Shown: positions 50,030 to 61,217 of the stretch, in pieces
Layout: the number at the start of each line of letters is the position of its first letter
Position numbering within the stretch: the first letter of the stretch is position 1
NCBI GenBank assembly: GCA_000165345.1
Contig: CM000434.1
Location: 544,001 to 608,000 of the forward strand
Reading direction: 5' to 3'
DNA length: 64,000 bases
Notes under the pieces: generated by a model
The model's database searches: none
What the model was told of the DNA's origin: nothing
What the model saw: the letters and a program-made list of their open reading frames with translations, nothing else
Position numbers and translations under genes: made by a program

Positions 50030-53000
50030 ATGAGGAATATAAACTTCTCGTCATCATCTTCTGAAAATTTGACGAGAAGTTCAGTATTAAGAAGACAATT
50101 ACATGACCAAAGCCATTTTTTGCCTTCTAATTCTTTAGTAAATTCGAACAATACGGTACAGGATTATAGGTTTTTACCCAAGCCAACATTTAGAATCGAA
50201 GATAATAATTTGTATTCTAATTTGAATCAAAGTAATTACAACTCTAATTGGAAGCAAACATCATTGGGGCTTTTAAAGTCTCCAATTAATGGTTTAAGTA
50301 GAAGTTCTCAAGATTTGAGGAATTCATTGATTGAAAAGACTACAGAAAAAAGTAGCAAGTATGTTAAAACCCCATACCCACATGTTTACAAACCTGACAG
50401 CTATTTAAAAAATGAAATTAGCATTCCAAGCCATGGAAGCCACCTTCCTTTATTGCCTCCCAGCAGATTCCCTTTCCAATCAGAAGCGAGACGTACAATT
50501 AACAGATTATCAGATAGTACTACTAAATACAACTTAGGTTCCAATGATTATGATTTGCAAAGAGATACACAAACATGTAGGAAAAGAAATTTACAACAAG
50601 TTTATAAGCAAAAAAATGAAAATGAGCATGAAGAAGAGGAATTCCACGATGCAATTAGTGATGATGAATATATCAGCAATGAATCCATGAATAATCCAAA
50701 CAAAAGACCTAATATTCCTCCTCAAAAAAAAACTTACAACCAAACTCCCTCAACCGCAGCTCAAACAGGATTATTAGGTACGCAAAACAATACTCCAAAT
50801 AAGCCAACAAACACCTATGGCTTACCACTTTCTATGATAGATGATGATTATAAACCGGATCCTACTCCAGCTTATAACTTTTCAGATGAAAAACTTCGTG
50901 ATGTACAAAAACAGGCAAATCCATTGGGTTTAACGCAGTATTCACATCCTTATAACTTTCCGAAGGCCTCATTTTTACCTCCTAATACGGAGCCTAGTTC
51001 CAACATTATTCATTCATCAGTACAAAGAATAAGAACTCCACTAAGATACAGATCTAGTTTACTTGGCGCACTTTCAAATCGAACAAATTCATCATGCAGG
51101 ATTTTGTCTGCTGCAGAAATGAAGAAAGTATTCTGCAAATCAAAAAAACCTATTGGTAGCTTAAAGGACTTTGTTCACACGATAGAACTTCGCAATGAAA
51201 CTTTAAATGAGCCAAAAACAAATTCAGAATTACCAAAAGTGCCTGAAGTTCATTCAGAAATTGAGCATGCTATCGAGGACAAGTCTTCCAAGAACGACAA
51301 GGATAGTAGTCCTGAAAAAGATTCAAAAAATAACAAAGAAGACATCATTAGTTCTAAATCTGAATGTTTAAATCAATCTACATTGGAAGTATCCAACATA
51401 CTATCAAAAATTGCAGATAAATCAATTTCACCTGAAAAATCAGATGGGGATAAAGAGCTAGTGGAAAAAGTAAATAATGTTGATAACTTACAAGTTTCTT
51501 CACCTAATATCTTTGTTAATGATTCAAAGCTACCAGTCTTAAGCGAACAAGATAATAAATCTAACATCACCACTATTGACATTGAAGCAACAGTTGAGAA
51601 AAGAGATGATATTAAGGAAACTAAAGAAGTAGTTTCTGAAGATTTTTCATTGAAAGAAAAAGATTCAGAAGTTACTGAAGCAAAAAAAGATGAGCCTGTG
51701 CCATGGTGGCTGGCTAATGTTGATAAACCAAATTTGGTTGAAGTAGACAACGAAGGGGTGTTTATGCCTGATGAAGATGATGAAAAGAAAGATAATGAAG
51801 AGAAGCCCACTATTTCTGCAGCAGGCCTATTTTCACTTCCTTCTACTGAAGGTTCAAGCGATAAAAATATTGCAACTTCATTATTTTCATTTGGTAATTC
51901 TTCTACAAATGCATGCGTTTCTACTGGAACCTCTTTATTCGGGTCTTCATTATTCCAAATTAACAAGACTAGTGAGAATAGTGCCGCTCCTGAGGAGCCA
52001 AAGCCTGAGGAGAAAGCTCTTCCTTTGCTTAATAGCCAGTCTAGCACCTTTTCATTTGGTCAAGGCATTGACAACAGTGCTTCAAGCAACATTTCATTAT
52101 TCGGAATTACCTCTAAAACTGTGGAAGAAAAAACTACAATTGGCGAGATAGAAAAGCCCATTTCTGAAACAGTTGTTGATACAGAAAAGGAAACAACAGA
52201 TTCTAGTTTAAAGCCTCAATTATCAATATTCGGAAGACCATCTCCAGTTGATGAGGAAAAAAAGCAAGCTGAAAATTCCGAGAAAAAAGTTGGAATTTTT
52301 AGCACGGATAATCCTGGATCGCTATTTTCTTCTACAAACAACATCAGTGGCTTGTTTTCTCAACAGAGTTCGAGCATGAATCAATTATTTGGATCATCTA
52401 GCGCTTCAAGCTCTACTCAAAATGCTTTCAGCACGAAGGATATTTTCAGTCTTTCTTCATCTGGAGTGTCTACAAAAATAAATGATACAGAAAAAAGAGA
52501 AGTTTCAGCCCCAATTTTCGGTTCAAGTGATATGGAAAGCAAGAATCCTGCTTCTGATGTTTCTTTATCTGCATCTTTGGGTTTAGGTAATTTGAACTCG
52601 TCTTCAAATATGAGTTTTACGGGTGGCAGCACTGCTTCACAGACGACTCTACAGACTCCAGGATTATTTGACGCAAAGTTAATAAATTTTACTGGAAGCA
52701 CTAATTCTTCCACCGCAGCTGCTTCTTCATCATTGTTTGGTGGCTCTAATCCAAGTAATAACACTTTGGGACTAGGAAATTCTTTATTTTCAACCCCAAC
52801 AAATAATAATTCGATGGCTTCAGGCTTATTCCCAAATCCTAATACATCTACCAGCAATAACATTCCTTCAACAACAGCTGTAAATTCTATTTTTGGAGCT
52901 CAGCAAGTTCCAGTATCGGACGTAAACCCAACTCAGAATACTTTGAATTTTGATTCCAATATTGCCGGATCAAGCAACTCTGTACCAGGTTCAAATAATA

Positions 53001-53434
53001 TAAATATTTTCTCACAAACGCCATCTATTTTTGGTTCCAGTAATAGTTCAAACCCTTTTGTGTTTGGATCAAATAATAAGCCAAATGACCAAACTGTTAC
53101 TCAAACTCCTGGACAAAATTTGGAACAAAGTAGTGGCTCAAACATTTTTGGATCACCACAAGGAATCTTTAATTCAACAAACAAAGCAGAAACAAGTATT
53201 TTTGGTGGAATGCCTAGTAACCCTGTAGCAACTCAGTTTGACCCAAAACCCCAAGTTTCAGGCCAGCCCCCAATAAATACAAGTATTTTTGGATCTAACC
53301 CTACCAATTTGCTCGGCGCATCGCCATTAGTGGGAAACAATAGTAATCCAAACCCCTTTGTTGGTCACTCATCCAATCCAGCAGGAGGAACTTCTCATAG
53401 GAGAAGAATTGCGAGAGCTAAAAGATCCCATTGA
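50030..53434 (+). CDS. FG-repeat nucleoporin (1134 aa)
   Basis: At least 30 FG motifs (SLFGSS, SIFGRPS, NQLFGSSS, PIFGSSD, SIFGAQQ, PFVFGSNN, NIFGSPQGIF, SIFGGMP, SIFGSNP) in a Ser/Asn/Thr-rich C-terminal half. The central charged region is K/E/D-rich. Confidence 0.7.
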   Translation: MRNINFSSSSSENLTRSSVLRRQLHDQSHFLPSNSLVNSNNTVQDYRFLPKPTFRIEDNNLYSNLNQSNYNSNWKQTSLGLLKSPINGLSRSSQDLRNSLIEKTTEKSSKYVKTPYPHVYKPDSYLKNEISIPSHGSHLPLLPPSRFPFQSEARRTINRLSDSTTKYNLGSNDYDLQRDTQTCRKRNLQQVYKQKNENEHEEEEFHDAISDDEYISNESMNNPNKRPNIPPQKKTYNQTPSTAAQTGLLGTQNNTPNKPTNTYGLPLSMIDDDYKPDPTPAYNFSDEKLRDVQKQANPLGLTQYSHPYNFPKASFLPPNTEPSSNIIHSSVQRIRTPLRYRSSLLGALSNRTNSSCRILSAAEMKKVFCKSKKPIGSLKDFVHTIELRNETLNEPKTNSELPKVPEVHSEIEHAIEDKSSKNDKDSSPEKDSKNNKEDIISSKSECLNQSTLEVSNILSKIADKSISPEKSDGDKELVEKVNNVDNLQVSSPNIFVNDSKLPVLSEQDNKSNITTIDIEATVEKRDDIKETKEVVSEDFSLKEKDSEVTEAKKDEPVPWWLANVDKPNLVEVDNEGVFMPDEDDEKKDNEEKPTISAAGLFSLPSTEGSSDKNIATSLFSFGNSSTNACVSTGTSLFGSSLFQINKTSENSAAPEEPKPEEKALPLLNSQSSTFSFGQGIDNSASSNISLFGITSKTVEEKTTIGEIEKPISETVVDTEKETTDSSLKPQLSIFGRPSPVDEEKKQAENSEKKVGIFSTDNPGSLFSSTNNISGLFSQQSSSMNQLFGSSSASSSTQNAFSTKDIFSLSSSGVSTKINDTEKREVSAPIFGSSDMESKNPASDVSLSASLGLGNLNSSSNMSFTGGSTASQTTLQTPGLFDAKLINFTGSTNSSTAAASSSLFGGSNPSNNTLGLGNSLFSTPTNNNSMASGLFPNPNTSTSNNIPSTTAVNSIFGAQQVPVSDVNPTQNTLNFDSNIAGSSNSVPGSNNINIFSQTPSIFGSSNSSNPFVFGSNNKPNDQTVTQTPGQNLEQSSGSNIFGSPQGIFNSTNKAETSIFGGMPSNPVATQFDPKPQVSGQPPINTSIFGSNPTNLLGASPLVGNNSNPNPFVGHSSNPAGGTSHRRRIARAKRSH

Positions 53435-53596
53435 CATAATTAATTAGAAATATTCGAGTAGGCTGTGTAACTAATCAGATAAAGAAGTAAAATAACACTA
53501 GATGATTATATATTATCAGTGATTATATTCTAATTATGTAATTACCTCACTATCTATTATCTAAAATTTTAACTATTGAACAGATTTGGTCTTTAA

Positions 53597-54694
53597 TCAA
53601 AAGTTTGGGTTTGACCATTGTGACTCTGGTGGGAACTGTAGGCTGTGGAATTGTGAAAGAACCCCATCTTTCCATACTCCTTGAATTGAGTGGCCCATTG
53701 CAAATCTAAGAATTCCCTTGCCATCTTTCCTTCCATTTGCCCATTCACCCTCATAAACGTTATTATCCTCTGCACAATAAAATATTCCCTTGCCATGCCT
53801 TCTGTCATTTTCCCAATATCCTTCGTACCTGTTTCCATTGGCATAAGTATATACTCCAAATCCACATGCTTTGTCTGCAACCCAGTTGCCTTTGAACCTA
53901 TCATTATTTGAGTAAAATAGTTCACCTTCACCGTGCTTTTTTGCGTCAAGCCAGTCGCCAACGTATTTATCTCCTCTGCTATAAGTTAAAGTACCCTTAC
54001 CGTTAACTTTTCCATCCTTCCAGTATCCTTCGTATTTCTCACCGTTCTGATAAGTCAGTACTCCATAACCTTCTTTAACATCATTAACCCATTCGCCTTC
54101 ATAAACATTTCCACATGGGAAAATGTATGTACCTTTGCCATGCATAGAACCTTCGAACCAGTCGCCTTCGTAAACAGCAGAGTCAACATACACATATTTA
54201 CCGTGACCATGCATCTTACCATTTACCCAGTCTCCTTCATATTTCTCAATAATTTGGTCTCCTGTACTACTTACATATGTTACAGTTCCTTTTCCATGCC
54301 TTTTATCATCTCTCCATTCACCTGAGTAAATATCACCATCTACGTATTTATACACGCCTCTTCCGTGCATCTTACCATCAACCCATTCTCCTTCGTATAC
54401 ATCGCCATTGCTGAAAGTTAACTTACCATATCCATTGATCTTTCCATTTTCCCACTGTCCCTCATATGTATTTCCACTTGAAAAACTTGCTTTTCCTTGA
54501 CCATGGATTTTATCGTCAACCCATTCACCTTCATACGAAGCTCCATCAGCATAAGTAAATTTTCCAAAACCTTCTCTCTTACCCATTACAAAGTCTCCCT
54601 CATACTTTTCATTTTTTGAGTATATCAATACGCCTCTTCCATGAAATAGCCCACCTTTAATATCCCCAGAATAAGAATGACTGGATGTTTCCAT
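53597..54694 (-). CDS. MORN-repeat protein (365 aa, about 15 tandem MORN motifs)
   Basis: Repeating YEGEW.DGK.HGKG units throughout the ORF. Confidence 0.85.
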   Translation of the reverse strand: METSSHSYSGDIKGGLFHGRGVLIYSKNEKYEGDFVMGKREGFGKFTYADGASYEGEWVDDKIHGQGKASFSSGNTYEGQWENGKINGYGKLTFSNGDVYEGEWVDGKMHGRGVYKYVDGDIYSGEWRDDKRHGKGTVTYVSSTGDQIIEKYEGDWVNGKMHGHGKYVYVDSAVYEGDWFEGSMHGKGTYIFPCGNVYEGEWVNDVKEGYGVLTYQNGEKYEGYWKDGKVNGKGTLTYSRGDKYVGDWLDAKKHGEGELFYSNNDRFKGNWVADKACGFGVYTYANGNRYEGYWENDRRHGKGIFYCAEDNNVYEGEWANGRKDGKGILRFAMGHSIQGVWKDGVLSQFHSLQFPPESQWSNPNF

Positions 54695-54956
54695 GTTTCT
54701 TCTAATAAGTCTAGCTATTTGAAATAATCGTACAGTTGGTATTCTATTTTTTTAATAAATAAATATCTTTCAAAAAAATATATTTTATATGGGAAAAATT
54801 ACAATTCAGTTTTCAAGAATATTGAATTAATAGCCAACAATTTCAATATTATTGAATTCTATCCTTCATAGACCCAATAATATTTAAAATAATTTTTTTT
54901 GACTTTAAATTTAACACGTCAGTAGGATGTGCTGCTGCCACAAGACTCAAACAAAT

Positions 54957-55000
54957 TGCATGCAAAAATTCCCCACATTTAGCGCCAAATGGCGCGTTAG
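54957..55000. promoter_or_regulatory. Composite promoter element: TGCATGCA (54957-54964) followed by the inverted pair TTTAGCGCCAAATGGCGCGTTAG (54978-55000) in the MORN / 927-aa protein divergent promoter
   Basis: Near-palindromic GCGCCAAATGGCGC. Both motif classes are known as over-represented upstream elements in Cryptosporidium. A third GGCGC box sits at 55331-55340. Confidence 0.45.
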
Positions 55001-55476
55001 TTGCCAACATAGAACAAAACAAAATTTTTAACATAATTAAGTAAAGTTAATATTAAACTACACACAAAAATAATTAAATTTAGGATTTGCCACAATTAAA
55101 ATACTAAGTGATTTAAAAACACCTTCTTTGAAAATACTATTTGAAAGTTTGACTTGCCATTCTATTTTTTTTTCATTTAGTGCTAGTTAGCCTTGATCAT
55201 CATATCTCGTTTTTAGGTTTATGAACAAAGCTGTTCTATTAATATTACTCCTTTACTCGAATACTTAGTGAGAATATTTATGTATATTTTGTTGGTAATT
55301 ATTAAATTAGATTCTATTAAGTTTTTCAATTTTTGGCGCATTAAGTGCTTTTGAATGATAATCTGTTTGAATAGTGAGTTAAACTATATACTATTGAAAA
55401 AGAGTATTTTGCTGAGTTAAATTTAGACATTAATCATCTAAAATAATCTGTAATCTACTCAATTTTGTAGCAGGAT

Positions 55477-58260
55477 ATGTATTCCCAGATTCCTATTTCG
55501 CCCTCTTTAAGATCAAAATACAATTCAGGTAACCAAGGGGTCCAAAGGAAAATAAATGCTGATGACATGAATACAGCTGTCAGCTCATACTCTAATAACA
55601 TGTTTGCTACAAATTTAGATGGATACGATGTATTTGACAATGTTAATAAGGATTCTGAGCTGAATATGCCAAAAATTCAAAAATCTAGCTTTCCGCATGG
55701 GAGCTACAGACCATCTTCTAGTAATATAAGTATTAATAATGGAATAAATATAGATTCTAACACAAATAATAGGCCAAATATTGGTAGATTCTCTGTGAAT
55801 CCAGGTAATTTGAACGTGAATGGGACAACTAATCAGATTCAAACAAGTAGTGCTCCAATGAGTACTCCTCTCCCGGCTATCCCACAACCACCTGTCCCGT
55901 TTCAGAACAACTCCTCTATTTCTGGAGGAATTCAGTATCAGTCTCCAAAAAATACTATCCCTACTCAGCCTCCTAATAATTTGCAGCCTGTCAATCAGAT
56001 ATCAAAGCCATTTCTTCAAAATACCAACACAAATCCTAACTTTCAGAATATGCCCATTCCATATCCTCCAAAAGCTCCACTTTCAGATTGTAATAATTCT
56101 GATTCTGAATCTTCGTTTAGCAAGAAAATGCAGGATAATAAGGAAAGACTTGAACAATTAAATATTTCTAGAACAATGTTGGCATCTATGGGTTCTCCTT
56201 CTAGTGATTCTCGGCATTCTTATTCTCAAGACAAATCTCAAGAAGCTGATAGGACTCAGAACCCATTCCAAAGTGGAAAAAATTCAATATCTCATTTTGG
56301 TATTCAAGAACCTAATTCAAATAAGAATACAAGCAGATCGAATTTAAGATTACCACCGAAAGTTCCAGGTATTAGTTCTAACAATGCATTCAAATTTAAC
56401 ATATCACAGCCAGCCCAGAATAATCAAATTAACCTTGAAATGCCAGAAGTTTCCATGAAAAGTGTGGATAGTAACGCTGAAAGAAATATCGTTGGATTGA
56501 AGGATACAGTTAGACCTCCAACAGCACCTACATCTTTCCCTTCAAATAAATTGAATCTCGATAACAACAGTAATCTAGCCAATAATCTCGTAAAACCCCC
56601 TTTTAAAAGTCATAACGATCTTTCAGCAAGTCAGGATTCATTTTTTTCATCAGATACCCAAGACACCTCCAAGATATCTCAAATTCCTCGCCAAACACCA
56701 TCAGTTGTACGTCCGCCAACTGCCCCTAATTCAATATCTAAATCTTCATCATTACCAAAAGTTGACTTACTTATTAATTTGATGGATAAAACAGTTGAAA
56801 ATAAGCGTAGAGAATTTGAAAAACTAAACAAGCTTAAATCTGCATTATCTGAGCTTGGCGACTTTAATAAGAAACTATTGGAAGAAAATACGAGATTGAG
56901 GAGTGGAAACAATAGTACAAATTTACAAGAAGTCAGCTTGTTATCAAGAGATTTACAAAACGAATCTACGGAGTTCACCAATAGCTATCAGACGCCTTTG
57001 AGTGATGCTGTAAGCCCTTTCATTCCTAGTGTTCACGATCCAGAAACGCAGATTAACTCTCTTAAGACAATTATTAACAAAAAAAATCAACGAATTTCAG
57101 AGTTGGAGAAAAAATTATCAAATAGAGAATCAAACAATCTTTCTGCAACAGAATTTGATGTTTGCCATTCTTTACTCCAAAAAATAAAAACCAGAGATGA
57201 AGATCTGAGCAGCACTTTAGAGGAAATTCAAGAAACTTATATTAACTCTATTACTGACCAGGTTAATAGCTGCCTCTCAATCCTTACAGATAAAAGCTAT
57301 GGAAAACTGAAAACTATTGCTAACGATGTCTTAAATCAAATAGAGTTCAATTATAAAGCTCTGAGTGTGACTCTTGAACATTTATTTGAACAACAAAGTT
57401 CAACATTGGAGAATATTAAACACGAAGGAAGAGTAGACACACAATTGGATAGCTCAAACTTACAAAGTAAATTGAGTTCAAGAGAATTTAATGCTCATGA
57501 AGTTAATCTAAATAATATTCAATTTGATACAGTCGTAAGTAATGGCTCTAAGAGTTTTGATAACACTTTTGTCCAAGAAAATGCTCAAGATACTTTTAAA
57601 TTTAAAAAATCACAAGGAACTGGAGACTATTCGAATAATGGCGATGAGTTTCTTGTAGCCCAAACAAAAAAAATGTCTTTAAACGGAAACGTTGAGCTAG
57701 ATAATGAAGTTAACGTTCCTCAATGTATTATAAATAGCAGTATTGAAGTTAATCACGACGAGTCAGCTATGCAAAATCAACATCAAGAACTTAATTTATA
57801 TCAGAATAGCACTTTCAATCATGAAACTCAAGACCATAGAAATGATTATGTTCAGAATCAAGCTTTCAACACCATGAATGTAGCTCAAGGGGCATTTGTG
57901 AATGACCATGCTAATAACCATATATATGAGCTTCATAAGGACGAGGATCATTCGTCTTCAACTCAAAGAGTGGAACAAGAAAACTCTTCTCATCCAGCGT
58001 TTGGTTTTGAACAGGAAAAACATTATAATAGCCATTTTGGCCAATATGAAGGAAACAATTTTTCTCCAGAAAAAGAGAATGCTCAACAGGGAGCTGATTA
58101 CACAAATAGCGTTCCTCCGCCAGTGTTCGCAGCATATTATGAAGGTGGTGACAATGAGAATAATAATCTCTTCACTATGGACACAATGGTAAATGCAGAT
58201 GGATTATACTTTGATAACCATTCTCATTACCATGTTCCAACGAATTATAGTAATATTTAA
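55477..58260 (+). CDS. Hypothetical 927-aa Ser/Asn/Pro/Gln-rich low-complexity protein with a central coiled-coil
   Basis: Long ORF with a clean ATG. Coiled-coil segment NKRREFEKLNKLKSALSELGDFNKKLLEENTRLRS. Confidence 0.5.
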   Translation: MYSQIPISPSLRSKYNSGNQGVQRKINADDMNTAVSSYSNNMFATNLDGYDVFDNVNKDSELNMPKIQKSSFPHGSYRPSSSNISINNGINIDSNTNNRPNIGRFSVNPGNLNVNGTTNQIQTSSAPMSTPLPAIPQPPVPFQNNSSISGGIQYQSPKNTIPTQPPNNLQPVNQISKPFLQNTNTNPNFQNMPIPYPPKAPLSDCNNSDSESSFSKKMQDNKERLEQLNISRTMLASMGSPSSDSRHSYSQDKSQEADRTQNPFQSGKNSISHFGIQEPNSNKNTSRSNLRLPPKVPGISSNNAFKFNISQPAQNNQINLEMPEVSMKSVDSNAERNIVGLKDTVRPPTAPTSFPSNKLNLDNNSNLANNLVKPPFKSHNDLSASQDSFFSSDTQDTSKISQIPRQTPSVVRPPTAPNSISKSSSLPKVDLLINLMDKTVENKRREFEKLNKLKSALSELGDFNKKLLEENTRLRSGNNSTNLQEVSLLSRDLQNESTEFTNSYQTPLSDAVSPFIPSVHDPETQINSLKTIINKKNQRISELEKKLSNRESNNLSATEFDVCHSLLQKIKTRDEDLSSTLEEIQETYINSITDQVNSCLSILTDKSYGKLKTIANDVLNQIEFNYKALSVTLEHLFEQQSSTLENIKHEGRVDTQLDSSNLQSKLSSREFNAHEVNLNNIQFDTVVSNGSKSFDNTFVQENAQDTFKFKKSQGTGDYSNNGDEFLVAQTKKMSLNGNVELDNEVNVPQCIINSSIEVNHDESAMQNQHQELNLYQNSTFNHETQDHRNDYVQNQAFNTMNVAQGAFVNDHANNHIYELHKDEDHSSSTQRVEQENSSHPAFGFEQEKHYNSHFGQYEGNNFSPEKENAQQGADYTNSVPPPVFAAYYEGGDNENNNLFTMDTMVNADGLYFDNHSHYHVPTNYSNI

Positions 58261-58367
58261 AAAGATTTAAGACTAAAGGGATAAATTAGACAAACTTAGA
58301 CAGATTGTGGTTATATAATGTATATATGTAACTTAAAGTAGCTTTAATCTTGATGTTAATAACTCAT

Positions 58368-60026
58368 CTACTCTTGTGGAAGTGATTCAACTTCCGATGG
58401 AGGAGCTCTACTAAAGGGAACCCAGTTAAAATTTTTATCAATTAAAGTAATTCCTGGTCTTCCAGAACGTTTAACAATACCCTTGAGAAATTCCTGGTTA
58501 CAGAAAATATAATGTTGATCCTTGATATTTCTCATAATTCCGTTTTCTTCCAAAATTCTGATTACATCCTCCCTCCTGATTCCAGTGCTTCTTACAACGT
58601 TGTCAATAAACTTACTATAGTTACTTACTTGGAGAGGTTGTTTCGAACCACCTCTTTCACATATCTTGTTTTGTTTAAAATATTCGAGAAGATATTCAGA
58701 TATCCTATGGGCCCACCAATTATTATAGATTGCCCTACCCAAGTCAGAAAGAGGTCTTTCAGGATGTCCCCATTTACCTTCTTTAAGCGAAAGTTTATAT
58801 GACAAGTCAACAAGAAGCTTTCCATAACCCTTCCTCTGATAGCAAGGTAAAGTTAGGATACATGCAAGATTATAATGGAGTAATGAAACCTTTTCTTTGG
58901 AAAAGTAGCCGACAATATGACATCCCTCTTCATCAACTTCAGTGACAATATAGAATAAAAATGGTTCTACATCGTACTGTAGAGTTTTGTGATCTAAGAA
59001 TAGTTTGGCCAAGTAACATAAATTTTCCGCGTATCCTCTAGTTAATGCACCATCAATTTCGAAGACTGAAATATTATCCTTTCTATATATTTCATTACCT
59101 GGGGGATGCCTTAGTTGGCACCTGGAAAGATGCCTAATAAGTTCATCTTCAAAGCAAAAAAAGTCCAAACAGTACTCACAAAAATGTAAAGTGTCAACAT
59201 TTTGATACTCATCTGGGAGTGGAGAAAAGTACCAAGTGTCTAAAATGAATTTTCCTATACGAACTCTGCCAATTGTCCTAAGTCTAGTTGTTTCCTCATG
59301 GTCAAGAATTGCAGAGTGGTCCATCCCTTCATGCTCATCAGGATCTTCTCCATCAGAAATGTCCAAAACCCCTACATTTCTTTTCTTAGACTTATTCCCA
59401 GATTTATTAGCTGAATTTGAAACTACTAATGAAGATATAAATTTTATTCCCTGTTTCTGAAACCTCTCAATTAAAACAGGATCATTTAATTCTTCAACAT
59501 CAAAAGAGAGTTTTATATCTTTACCTTTAACCCATCTATCCAGACGTCTATTTAGACCTCTAAAATGCACATAAAACTCATAATCCTCCTTGATTTGCGA
59601 CTCATTAGACGATGAACTCACTTTGATTAAAGAATTCTGTTTATTCCCTCCCGTCTTTTTGTTCACTAAATGCGATAAATGAGTGACCTGAGTTCCATAA
59701 AGCTTCCAACCTACTACGCGAGCGAGCATCTGTTTACCTTCTTCCTCAAATAGTGCCAGTACCCATTGGTTCACACTTGGGAAGTCGGCTGTTGGGCCTT
59801 TTTCTATTGTAGGAACTGCTTCATCTTCCTTACATTCATCCAAAGTCTTATCTGAATGTTCCTCAATTGAGCTGTAGATTCTTGCATTCGTCTTTTTCCT
59901 TTGATTTTCAGATGAAATTAATTCGCTTGAGACTGCTTCATTATTATTTGAAGTATTACTTGGTGTATTATTTGCCTGTTGTTTTTGAATGTTGGATGAC
60001 CTTGAACGCAAAGCCATATTAACCAT
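58368..60026 (-). CDS. MYST: MYST-family histone acetyltransferase with an N-terminal chromo/Tudor-knot domain
   Basis: C2HC finger LHFCEYCLDFFCFEDELIRHLSRC. Acetyl-CoA site LPCYQRKGYGKLLVDLSYKLS. Tudor-knot YYVHFRGLNRRLDRWV. Confidence 0.9.
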   Translation of the reverse strand: MVNMALRSRSSNIQKQQANNTPSNTSNNNEAVSSELISSENQRKKTNARIYSSIEEHSDKTLDECKEDEAVPTIEKGPTADFPSVNQWVLALFEEEGKQMLARVVGWKLYGTQVTHLSHLVNKKTGGNKQNSLIKVSSSSNESQIKEDYEFYVHFRGLNRRLDRWVKGKDIKLSFDVEELNDPVLIERFQKQGIKFISSLVVSNSANKSGNKSKKRNVGVLDISDGEDPDEHEGMDHSAILDHEETTRLRTIGRVRIGKFILDTWYFSPLPDEYQNVDTLHFCEYCLDFFCFEDELIRHLSRCQLRHPPGNEIYRKDNISVFEIDGALTRGYAENLCYLAKLFLDHKTLQYDVEPFLFYIVTEVDEEGCHIVGYFSKEKVSLLHYNLACILTLPCYQRKGYGKLLVDLSYKLSLKEGKWGHPERPLSDLGRAIYNNWWAHRISEYLLEYFKQNKICERGGSKQPLQVSNYSKFIDNVVRSTGIRREDVIRILEENGIMRNIKDQHYIFCNQEFLKGIVKRSGRPGITLIDKNFNWVPFSRAPPSEVESLPQE

Positions 60027-60708
60027 ACAAGCCCATTAAAAAAAAATATCATAAAGTATTTGCCTTCAGTTTGTATTTGGTTTCCCTAAATCAATTACAA
60101 AAATACTATTAGTCAGTCATGTATTCGAGAAAACCACTTTCCATTCCCTGCGTAATATTATTTTCTATTTCAACGAGATTCCCTCAAATTCGCACAATTT
60201 TGCGCTACAAATTAATTCCCAAAATTTCAATTATTGGAATTTGGCAATTGCTAGGAGTAAAAGTCGCAAGCCACAAGTTCAAAGTCACAACTGCCTTAGA
60301 CAAACTAAAGCCCACTTCATCCAAGGCCTGTCATTACAGTGCATTAGTCCTAATCATTTCTACACTATACTAGTCAATTTGAATAGGTATTACGAATGAG
60401 CTAGAAGAATAATAAGGCTAGTAAGGAAATTAACAATTTCCAATAAACAATAAAGTGAAATAAACGCTTTCCTTCTCATTCAAAGTCGAGAAGACAGATC
60501 TTCAAATATGAACTAGCCAATAAGAATAATATAGTAACAGGAGAAATTAGCCAAAACTAAAATATGAGAAGTGTGTTTCTTACAAAATACTTCAACTTAG
60601 ATACCAGTACATATTGTTCCGACCTTTCAATACAAATATCCTCGACCAAATTTGCACGATATCTTTCTCTGATTTTATTTAAAAGAAATAAATTTTGAAA
60701 TGCGTGTC

Positions 60709-60716
60709 TTTCCCGC
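60709..60716. promoter_or_regulatory. E2F-like box TTTCCCGC in the long (1.2 kb) spacer upstream of the ApiAP2 gene
   Basis: Canonical TTTSSCGC E2F consensus. Confidence 0.35.
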
Positions 60717-61217
60717 TCGATACCTATTCTGGAGACGCGAGGCGTATTTAGAAATGTTATACTTTAAGAAATAGTAAAAAGGCAAAAAGAATTACTAATA
60801 TTAGATAGGATAGTTAAAAAGAGAGGGATAGAAACGGAGGGATAGATGTATAGCAATACGTATTAGATAAATAGTGAGCAAATAGTCACAATTAAGTGGC
60901 AGAATGTGAGTGTATACTTTGCTGTGCGGACTGCCATTCACGCAGACAAGTCCAGACAGACCATTGCACAGAGAGCTATTTGTGTTGTGTACAATCTTGT
61001 GCAATATCGGTTGAGTTTTTTTATAATTAATAATATATAGAATATTTATAATAATAATTTAAATAATATATTTTATTTATTATTATTTATATTCTTCGGA
61101 CAACAAAGCTCAATACCAGTTTGTTCTTCAACTCGCTGTCACAGTTTAAAGTACACTACACAGGATTTGAATAATTGAAGCTATTTATCTGTATATTTAT
61201 GAAAGCTTGATAGGCTG

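Noticed and set aside
51373-52863. Antisense ORFs (51373-52047, 52417-52863) inside the FG-nucleoporin gene, and other internal antisense or offset ORFs (e.g. 3397-3684, 9780-10019, 10640-10918, 11276-11617, 28580-28777, 36076-36288, 42443-42807, 55615-55887)
   Set aside because: They are embedded in longer, well-supported genes on the other strand or frame. They are low-complexity mirror translations with no start context or domain.
60119-60373. 84-aa ORF in the long spacer upstream of ApiAP2
   Set aside because: No recognisable domain. It is more likely part of the ApiAP2 5' leader or promoter, although a small lineage-specific gene cannot be excluded.
60880-61020. Identification of the GC-rich island as U1 or U6 snRNA
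   Set aside because: It lacks the U1 5' ACUUACC and the U6 AGAUUAGCAUGGCCCCUGCGCAAGGAUGACACGCA core. It is kept only as an unassigned candidate.
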